Positions 36,813 through 43,540 of a stretch of DNA of 64,000 bases are shown one piece after another. How positions within the stretch are numbered: position 1 is the stretch's first letter; each line of letters starts with the position of its first letter. The notes beneath the pieces were generated by a model. The model was not told the DNA's origin. It was given only the letters and a program-made list of their open reading frames with translations, and ran no database searches. Made by a program: the position numbers and the translations under genes. The DNA comes from Planctomycetota bacterium (GTDB lineage: Bacteria > Planctomycetota > SZUA-567 > H5-PLA8): the NCBI GenBank assembly GCA_038227045.1, contig JBBRQD010000010.1, forward strand, positions 2,868 through 66,867. The letters run 5' to 3'.

Positions 36813-36848
36813 CTTATTTTCCATTGCCCATTTTCCATTTGTCATTTT
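36813..36848. repeat. 36-bp inverted repeat, left arm, flanking the four-helix-bundle gene
   Basis: The reverse complement of cttattttccattgcccattttccatttgtcatttt matches 37347-37382 at 34/36 positions. Confidence 0.9.
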
Positions 36849-37275
36849 AAACTGTCGAGCGTTCTGCTTTCTTTCGAAGCGTCTTAACGGACGCAGTTAT
36901 GATTTTGCACAACTCCGTATTTTCTTGTGCTAATTCACCGAGCAAGTCCGGCTTCAGCAGCGAACTCTTTCGAATCATTCTAAGCCAGATGGATGTTTCA
37001 TTGAGTTCCTTCAACACAACCTTCAATTTATGCGCGAAATCGGCATTGCTCTCGGCACCTCTTGCTTCGCCGTAATTAGGCGCGGGGGAAGTGCCGGAGC
37101 GTAAAATTTGATTAGCAATATGCCGCTCTGCCGCAGTTCGAGTCAATGAACTCGACAACTTAATTATGCGAACTGCGAAATCAATCAGGCGCTCTTCGAG
37201 TACGTCGGCCAACGCTTGACTTCCGACATTGGAAAAATCTCGTCCCGCATGCTTCAGTTGTTGAGCCGACCCCAT
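36847..37275 (-). CDS. four-helix-bundle protein (23S rRNA intervening-sequence protein family)
   Basis: 142 aa, all-helical, with the family-typical pattern (LIDFAVRIIKL..., ...QILRSGTS...NYGEA, ...FAHKLKVVLKELNETSIWL). GC is clearly lower than in the neighbours. Confidence 0.7.
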   Translation of the reverse strand: MGSAQQLKHAGRDFSNVGSQALADVLEERLIDFAVRIIKLSSSLTRTAAERHIANQILRSGTSPAPNYGEARGAESNADFAHKLKVVLKELNETSIWLRMIRKSSLLKPDLLGELAQENTELCKIITASVKTLRKKAERSTV

Positions 37276-37346
37276 TCTCTACTCCATTCAATCGAGGACG
37301 TACTCAAACCCGGGATATGCAACAGGCGCCAAATTCGTAAAAATGG

Positions 37347-37382
37347 AAAATGAAAAATGGCAAATGGGCAATGGAAAATAAG
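37347..37382. repeat. 36-bp inverted repeat, right arm
   Basis: aaaatgaaaaatggcaaatgggcaatggaaaataag. Followed by cccctaa (37383-37389), the complement of ttagggg on the left side. Confidence 0.9.
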
Positions 37383-37391
37383 CCCCTAAAG

Positions 37392-37739
37392 CTACATTCG
37401 GGAATTCTTCGCGACGGCGTCCATTGCGTTCTTGATATCAACGTTGGCCAGGCCCATGTTGACATCCCGGCGCATGAGCACGATCAGGATGGTTTGGCCG
37501 ACGTTGATTAATGCGAGCTTGTTTTCGCTGCCGCCGATCATGAAGCGTTTGAATTCGCCCATCTTGATTCGCTTCAGCGCGCCGTCGAGCGCGACGAGGA
37601 TTTGTGACGCGATTGCGCCGATTTGCGACTCCTGAACGTCGATCGAGAAATCGCTGGCCACCACAATGCCGTCGCGCCCCACGACCATGCTCCCCCAGAT
37701 GCCCTGGGTCTTGTTCAATTCGGCCAATATCGCGCGCAT
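37392..37739 (-). CDS. roadblock/LC7 (MglB-like) domain protein
   Basis: 115 aa. GIWGSMVVGRDGIVVASDF is typical of roadblock/LC7. Confidence 0.7.
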   Translation of the reverse strand: MRAILAELNKTQGIWGSMVVGRDGIVVASDFSIDVQESQIGAIASQILVALDGALKRIKMGEFKRFMIGGSENKLALINVGQTILIVLMRRDVNMGLANVDIKNAMDAVAKNSRM

Positions 37740-37766
37740 GGATCGTCCTTCCTTCCTGTCTCGAAT

Positions 37767-38885
37767 TTATTGCTGCAAAATCGATTCGGCGAAATCGCGG
37801 ATGCTCTTTTCCACCAGCCCCAGCTTGACATCGGCCTGGGCGAATAGGGTCAAAATCATATCGTCGAATTGGACGATGTGAATGTTGCCGTCCTGGCCTT
37901 CAATGACCCCTTCTTCGAATTGTCCGACACCCAGTTTGACCGAGTAATTGCTCGCCGAGCGATACACGTTCGTGATCAACGCCCCGGCCAGGCCCTCGTC
38001 GAGAGAAGGGTCGAGATCGGCGGAGATGACCAGTCCGTATTGGTCGACGAGAATCGCCCCGGTCACGCCTTCGACGGTGCGCAGGTCGGCGAGTCCTTTT
38101 GCGAATAGTTGAACCTTTGAATGCGTCGGTTTAGGAAGGATGCTCGTGCCGTGGCGCACTCCCGTGTCGGGGCCGCCAAACATCACACGCGTCTGCGATT
38201 TGGGGGCCACAAGTTTGGTCTGCGGAACCGCGAGACTCGTGACGGGCTGCTGCGCGTCGCCTTCCGCTTTGGCCGTTTTCAACAGCGCCAGTATGGCTTC
38301 GTCGCCGGGCGCGAAATAGAGAATGTCTTCGAGACGTTGCACGGCATCGGCCGGGCGGCTCAATTGAAGATAGACGCTGGCCAGCAGTTTCAGCGCGAGA
38401 TAATTGTACTTGTCGAGTGAAATCGATTTTTCAAGCTGGGCGGCGGATTCGGACCACTGCTTTTTGTCCGCGAAAATTTGTCCCAGAACCAGATACGTGC
38501 CGCCGTACTTGGGGAACGCCTTGATGCCACGCTGACAGGTGTCGATGGTCTTGGACAGTTCGTCGCTGGCTTTGTAAAGCTCCGCGAGCCGCGCGTACAA
38601 AATGGGATTGGGGTGCGTTTGAATGCGTTCGACGAGGCGCTTTATTTCCATCTCGCGCTCGTGCTTTTCCGCTTCAGCCTGGCGGCGCACGATCTCCGGC
38701 GCGTTGGGATAGCGTGCCGCACCCTGCTTTAAGACCTGCGTGGCCCTCGCCTGGTTACCGGCTTCTTTGTGCGCATCGGCCAATTGCAGGTACAACATTG
38801 GCGTAGGTTTTGCCGTCAACACCTGCTCCAGCGAATGAATTCGGGAATTGGTGCGCCATTGGCCAATTGTGTCAAACAGCCACAT
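37767..38885 (-). CDS. TPR-repeat protein with C-terminal roadblock/LC7 domain
   Basis: Start set to ATG 38885. TPR-like helical repeats (YLQLADAHKEAGN..., YARLAELYKASDE..., YLVLGQIFADKKQ...). C-terminal VEGVTGAILVDQYGLVISADLD. Confidence 0.65.
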   Translation of the reverse strand: MWLFDTIGQWRTNSRIHSLEQVLTAKPTPMLYLQLADAHKEAGNQARATQVLKQGAARYPNAPEIVRRQAEAEKHEREMEIKRLVERIQTHPNPILYARLAELYKASDELSKTIDTCQRGIKAFPKYGGTYLVLGQIFADKKQWSESAAQLEKSISLDKYNYLALKLLASVYLQLSRPADAVQRLEDILYFAPGDEAILALLKTAKAEGDAQQPVTSLAVPQTKLVAPKSQTRVMFGGPDTGVRHGTSILPKPTHSKVQLFAKGLADLRTVEGVTGAILVDQYGLVISADLDPSLDEGLAGALITNVYRSASNYSVKLGVGQFEEGVIEGQDGNIHIVQFDDMILTLFAQADVKLGLVEKSIRDFAESILQQ

Positions 38886-39161
38886 GCAACCCTTTCCGGG
38901 AAAACACGGTTCCCAAATACAAAACCAAACTTCCGCCGCGCGTCGCACGGCTTCGACTCAGGCTAATTGCAATTTATATCGGCAGTATGGGGTCTCTGCA
39001 CAGCCGAAAAATCACGACAAGACCGCTTTTCAAAGATTCCGGTATATGTGCGCATTTTACCATACAATGCCATCCCGCGCACGGCACTTGTGAATTTTTC
39101 GCCTAAATTCTTTGCACAAGGGAAGATGAGTGCGCGTCGGATTTTGAAAAAAGCTCCTGCC

Positions 39162-40172
39162 CTACCGCCGTTCTTCAGGCGGCATGTTCGTCTTGAAATA
39201 CTCCACGGTTCGCCGCAGCCCTTCTTCATTGTCGACGATGGGGCGATAACCGAAATCTCGCCGCGCCTTGCTGGTGTCGTAGTAATGCGAACACGATAAC
39301 GCTTTGGCCAGGAAGCGCGTCATCGGCGGTTCTTCTTTTTTTCGGAGCAGCCAGAACGCGGATTCGCAACCGGCGCCCGCCACGTAGGCCATGCGGGACG
39401 AAACGTTTTTCGTGACCGGCGGAAGGCCCAATTTCTGGAGAAACTCATTGATCCATTTCCACAGCACGACCGGCTTGCCGTCCGCAATGAAATAGGCTTC
39501 ACCTGAGACGCGCTTCGCCGACATCGCGTCACTGGCCAGCAGATGCGCTATGGCAGCGTTATCGACATACGTGAGATCGACCTGGTTTTCGCCGCGGCCG
39601 ACGATGCGCAATTTTCCCGAGCGGGCGCGCTGGATCAAGCGCGGCAGCAGATGATTGTCGCGCGGACCCCAAATCAAATGCGGGCGAATCGCGCACGCCA
39701 GCAGTCCGTCCCGGCCGCTGCTGTTGAGCACCAGCTTTTCGGCCAGCGCCTTGGTGCTTGAATAAATGTTATAGAAGCGTTCCGGATAGGGCGTTTTTTC
39801 GGTGATGCCGCATTCGTCCTTCATGTCGAACACGACGCTCGGCGAACTCGTGTAGATCAGCTTGGGCACGCCGCGCCGCTTGCAGCCTTCGACGATATTG
39901 CGCGTGCCGAGCACATTGATCGCATGGAAGACTTGGGCGTCGCCCCAGATGCCGGCGAGCGCGGCCACATGAAAAACCGCGTCCATGCCCATGCAGGCGG
40001 CGGAACATTCTTCGATGCTGCGGATATCGCCCAGCACGCTCTCCGCGCCGAGCGATTCGACCTCCGGATAGCGGTTGCGCGCCAGCACGCGCACGCGGTC
40101 GCCGCGGCTGATGAGCAACTCTACAATCATGCGGCCGAGAAATCCGCCGCCGCCGGTTACGAGGACTTTCAT
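39162..40172 (-). CDS. NAD(P)-dependent 3-beta-hydroxysteroid dehydrogenase/epimerase family reductase (OleD-like)
   Basis: Start at ATG 40172 (MKVLVTGGGGFLG Rossmann motif). YSSTKALAEK catalytic YxxxK. Directly downstream of an OleC-like ligase. Confidence 0.7.
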   Translation of the reverse strand: MKVLVTGGGGFLGRMIVELLISRGDRVRVLARNRYPEVESLGAESVLGDIRSIEECSAACMGMDAVFHVAALAGIWGDAQVFHAINVLGTRNIVEGCKRRGVPKLIYTSSPSVVFDMKDECGITEKTPYPERFYNIYSSTKALAEKLVLNSSGRDGLLACAIRPHLIWGPRDNHLLPRLIQRARSGKLRIVGRGENQVDLTYVDNAAIAHLLASDAMSAKRVSGEAYFIADGKPVVLWKWINEFLQKLGLPPVTKNVSSRMAYVAGAGCESAFWLLRKKEEPPMTRFLAKALSCSHYYDTSKARRDFGYRPIVDNEEGLRRTVEYFKTNMPPEERR

Positions 40173-40220
40173 AGGAATCAAGGGCTAGGGTTATGGGGGT
40201 TGGGGGTTAGGGGTTAGGGG
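40173..40220. repeat. telomere-like G-rich tract (...agggctagggttatgggggttgggggttaggggttagggg)
   Basis: Six G-runs of 3 or more nt in 40 nt on the plus strand. It occupies the whole 48-nt spacer between the ligase stop and the reductase start. Confidence 0.8.
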
Positions 40221-41873
40221 TTAATTTTTTTGCATCGCCGCCCACCGTCCAAGAGTTTCGCGATCAATCTTTGCATTATGTCGAACATCGACCGGAAATG
40301 GTTTGCGGTAAAACAGAACCGTGCCAATATCCGCGGCCAGCGCTTCATCGTTCCATTTTTGGGCGATTGTCGTTTCTACACCGCTGGTGGCGATTTGCCT
40401 AGTCGATTCCACGACAAGCGCAGGCATCTTTCCATTCTCCCCGCCGATTCCAACCAGCGCCGCGCGAGCTTCAATACCCATCTTAGTTCGCAGAAATTCT
40501 TCGAAGATTGCTTCGCAGCAGACGCTGTAAAACACACGGCCCGCCGCGCCGATGACCCGATGCGCTTTTCGCCCGCAAAACCACAGCCGTCCGGAAGCGT
40601 CGAAGTAGCCCATGTCTCCCATGCGGTGCCAGAGGCGGCCGGAATCGGGTTCGATGATCTTGGCGTTTGCGGTTTCCAGCGGCATTTCGAAATATTCCTT
40701 CGTCACCACCGGACCGCTCACGATGATTTCGCCGATTTCGTTCGGCGCGCAGACGCTCACTCCGCAAGCTTCCGATCCTTGCGGCGCAGGCACGATCCGC
40801 ACCGTCATTCCCGGCAGCGGCCTGCCCACACAATGCCCCCTCCCCTGCCGGGTCAGCGCCCACGTTTCGCCGAGAATTTCCGATCCCCGGATGCTCGTCA
40901 CCGGCAATGCTTCCGTCGCTCCATAAGGAATGAAAACGTCGGCGTCCGGCGAAAGAATCGTCGCGAAGGGCGCGAGAATTTCGCCGCGCACGGGCGCTCC
41001 GGCCATCAGGATGCGCTTGAGTGTCGGCAGTTTTATCCCGCGTTCGACGCAGCGCGGGCCGACGCGTTTCCAGATCGCCGGCGATCCAAACGAGTACGTC
41101 ACGCCGCGCGACTGAATCGCGTTGATGAGTTCATCCGGATCGCATTGTGCCGGGCGCGACGGGTTCATGTCGGGAATCACGCAGGTCGTTCCGAGCGCGG
41201 CAGAGAACAACGCAAAGAGCGGAAACGCGGGGAGATCGATTTCGCCTGGCTCGATTTTGAAATGTTCGCGAATGGCTTCCACTTGCGCACCAAACATGCC
41301 GTGTTCGTAGCACACGCCCTTCGGAATTCCAGTGCCGCCGGACGTGAACAATATGGCGGCTGGCGAATCGGCGTGAGTCGGCGCGATGGAAAATGCTCCG
41401 CGCGCCGCCCCTTCTTTTCGCGCCGAAGAAATATGCGGCCGCGTCGAAAAAATATTCAGCCAACTGCGTCCCGCGACGAACTGGGCCTCGACAGAATCCG
41501 GAAGTTTCCCCGCGAGCAGATACGCGGCCGCGATGGCAATCACCGCCTGCGGCTTGGCGCGCGCGATGCAATTGAGCAAATTCTTTCGGCCCATGCCGGG
41601 ATCGATCAACACGGGAACGGCTCCGAGCTTAAAGAGAGCGAAAGTCAATGCAACAAAATCCAATCCAGGCCGAACGGCCAGCAGCGTGCGGAATCCCGGT
41701 TTAATTTTTGCCGACAAGCCCCACGCCAGCGCATCGCACTCCGCATTCAATTCAGCAAACGTCAGCGCGGTTTGTCCGCGGTCGTTGGGCGCGTGCGCAC
41801 ATACGACCGCGGCGCGATCAGGCGCGACGCGGGCCATTTCAGGGAGAAATTGGGCGATGTTGAATGGGGGCAT
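40221..41873 (-). CDS. AMP-dependent synthetase/ligase, OleC-like (olefin beta-lactone synthetase family)
   Basis: Adenylation motif LFTSGGTGIPKGV. From memory, segments characteristic of OleC: FALFKLGAVPVLIDPG, DLPAFPLFALFSAALGTTCVIPDMNPSRPA, HRMGDMGYFDASGRLWFCGRKAHRV and FPVDVRHNAKIDRETL. Confidence 0.6.
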   Translation of the reverse strand: MPPFNIAQFLPEMARVAPDRAAVVCAHAPNDRGQTALTFAELNAECDALAWGLSAKIKPGFRTLLAVRPGLDFVALTFALFKLGAVPVLIDPGMGRKNLLNCIARAKPQAVIAIAAAYLLAGKLPDSVEAQFVAGRSWLNIFSTRPHISSARKEGAARGAFSIAPTHADSPAAILFTSGGTGIPKGVCYEHGMFGAQVEAIREHFKIEPGEIDLPAFPLFALFSAALGTTCVIPDMNPSRPAQCDPDELINAIQSRGVTYSFGSPAIWKRVGPRCVERGIKLPTLKRILMAGAPVRGEILAPFATILSPDADVFIPYGATEALPVTSIRGSEILGETWALTRQGRGHCVGRPLPGMTVRIVPAPQGSEACGVSVCAPNEIGEIIVSGPVVTKEYFEMPLETANAKIIEPDSGRLWHRMGDMGYFDASGRLWFCGRKAHRVIGAAGRVFYSVCCEAIFEEFLRTKMGIEARAALVGIGGENGKMPALVVESTRQIATSGVETTIAQKWNDEALAADIGTVLFYRKPFPVDVRHNAKIDRETLGRWAAMQKN

Positions 41874-41884
41874 TCGATGGGTGC

Positions 41885-41993
41885 CACGGAGCAGTACTCT
41901 GCTCCGTGCTTCTGGTCATACAAATTTCAAAGTAATCGCCGTATGTCTGTTAAATCGCGCGGTCAAAAGCACGGAGCAGGGTACTGCTCCGTG
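41885..41993. repeat. two copies of a 24-bp palindrome (cacggagcag-N4-ctgctccgtg) 61 nt apart
   Basis: Copies at 41885-41908 and 41970-41993. The outer flanks ggtgc/gcacc extend the complementarity. Located between the gspF-like stop and the ligase start. Confidence 0.85.
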
Positions 41994-42033
41994 GCACCTG
42001 GCAGCGCATCCGAGACGGCCGCACCACAATAGT

Positions 42034-43311
42034 TTAATGGCTTCCGCCGGCGCTCAGCTTATCCATGATCTTGATCAGCGGCATGAAGAGCGCGATGACG
42101 ATGAATCCGACCGTCAAGCCCATGACCACGATCAGAATCGGTTCCAGCAAGCTCATCAAGGCGCCGACCAGCGTGTCCACTTCGTTGTCGTAGGTATCGG
42201 CGACCTTCATCAACATCTTGTCCAGTTCGCCGGTTTCTTCACCGACCTGAATCATGTTGACGACCAGATCGTCGAAGACGCCCGAGTGCTTCAGCGGTTC
42301 GGCGATCGTATCGCCTTCTTTGATTGACGCGTGCACGGTTTCGACGGCGTTCGCCACCACCATATTGCTTGTGGCTTGCTTGATGATCGAGAGCGCTTCG
42401 AGGATCGGGACGCCGGACGTGACCAACGTGCCCAGCGTGCGGCAGAAACGGCTGACCGACGATTTCGAAATGATGCCGCCGAAAATCGGAATCTTCAGCG
42501 CGATGGCGTCAACGATCAACCGTCCGCGCGGCGTGCGCACGATCAGCTTGAAGATGATCCAGAACAGCACCGGCGTGAAGATCAGGACGTACCAGTAATT
42601 TTTCATCGCCGACGAAATGGCCATCAGCGCAAGCGTCGGAGCGGGCAGTTCTCCGACGTCCATTTCTTCGAACATTTCTTTAAACTTGGGAATGATGAAG
42701 ATCATGATGAACGACAAGATACACGACGCGATAAACACGACGGCGGCCGGGTAAACCAGCGCGCCGATGATCTTCTGCTGCAGCCGCTGCGCCTTTTCGC
42801 GGTAATCGGCCAGACGTTCGAGAATTTCGTCCAGCACACCGCCCGCTTCGCCGGCGCGGATCATGTTGACGTACAGTTTGTCGAAGACGCGCGGATGTTT
42901 AAAGAGGCCTTCGGAGAGCGACGAACCGCCTTCCACGTCTTCCTTGACGTCGCCGATCGCGGATTTCAAAATGCCCGGGCGAAGCTGATTGTGGAGAATG
43001 TCGAGACTGCGCACGACCGGCAGGCCGGCGTCCAGCAGCGTCGCAAACTGGCGCGTGAACGCCGTCAATTCCTTGGGCTTGACGCGCCACGACAGCGAAA
43101 ATCCGCCGCCCTTCTTTTTAGCAGCGGTCTGCGGCGTCCCGAAATTACCCTGTCCGCCACCGGGTGCTTTGCCGCCCTTTAGATTGACCTTCGTCGGGAA
43201 AAGATTCTGCGCACGAAGCTTTTCGAGCGCATCCGCCTCGGACGCAGCGTCGATTTCGGACTTTACTTCTTTGCCATGGGTGTCCATTGCCTCGTAAGCG
43301 TACGATGACAT
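42034..43311 (-). CDS. type II secretion/type IV pilus platform protein (GspF/PilC family)
   Basis: 425 aa with two T2SS-F repeats (FTRQFATLLDAGLPVVRSLDIL and FCRTLGTLVTSGVPILEALSII) and three TM segments. Confidence 0.85.
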   Translation of the reverse strand: MSSYAYEAMDTHGKEVKSEIDAASEADALEKLRAQNLFPTKVNLKGGKAPGGGQGNFGTPQTAAKKKGGGFSLSWRVKPKELTAFTRQFATLLDAGLPVVRSLDILHNQLRPGILKSAIGDVKEDVEGGSSLSEGLFKHPRVFDKLYVNMIRAGEAGGVLDEILERLADYREKAQRLQQKIIGALVYPAAVVFIASCILSFIMIFIIPKFKEMFEEMDVGELPAPTLALMAISSAMKNYWYVLIFTPVLFWIIFKLIVRTPRGRLIVDAIALKIPIFGGIISKSSVSRFCRTLGTLVTSGVPILEALSIIKQATSNMVVANAVETVHASIKEGDTIAEPLKHSGVFDDLVVNMIQVGEETGELDKMLMKVADTYDNEVDTLVGALMSLLEPILIVVMGLTVGFIVIALFMPLIKIMDKLSAGGSH

Positions 43312-43540
43312 GACAATCTCCAGTCTACGGAATAATTAAAATATGCCGTTCAAAAGCGAAACGATGTTGCCGCACTTGACTCGAGTATCGCCTATTTTTC
43401 ACAGGCTGTCAATACGGAGGCGCGTATTTCCTGTGCGGATTGTAGACTTTTTGGGCGGATGACTGTTGAATGATAAAGGGGAGGTGTGTGTTTTAATTCC
43501 GGCCCGCCTCGTGTATACTGAACTATCAGGAGCGCCCGCA

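Noticed and set aside
40230-42032. 600-aa plus-strand ORF
   Set aside because: It is antisense to the OleC-like ligase, which has clear adenylation motifs. The antisense product is Arg-rich with no recognisable domain.
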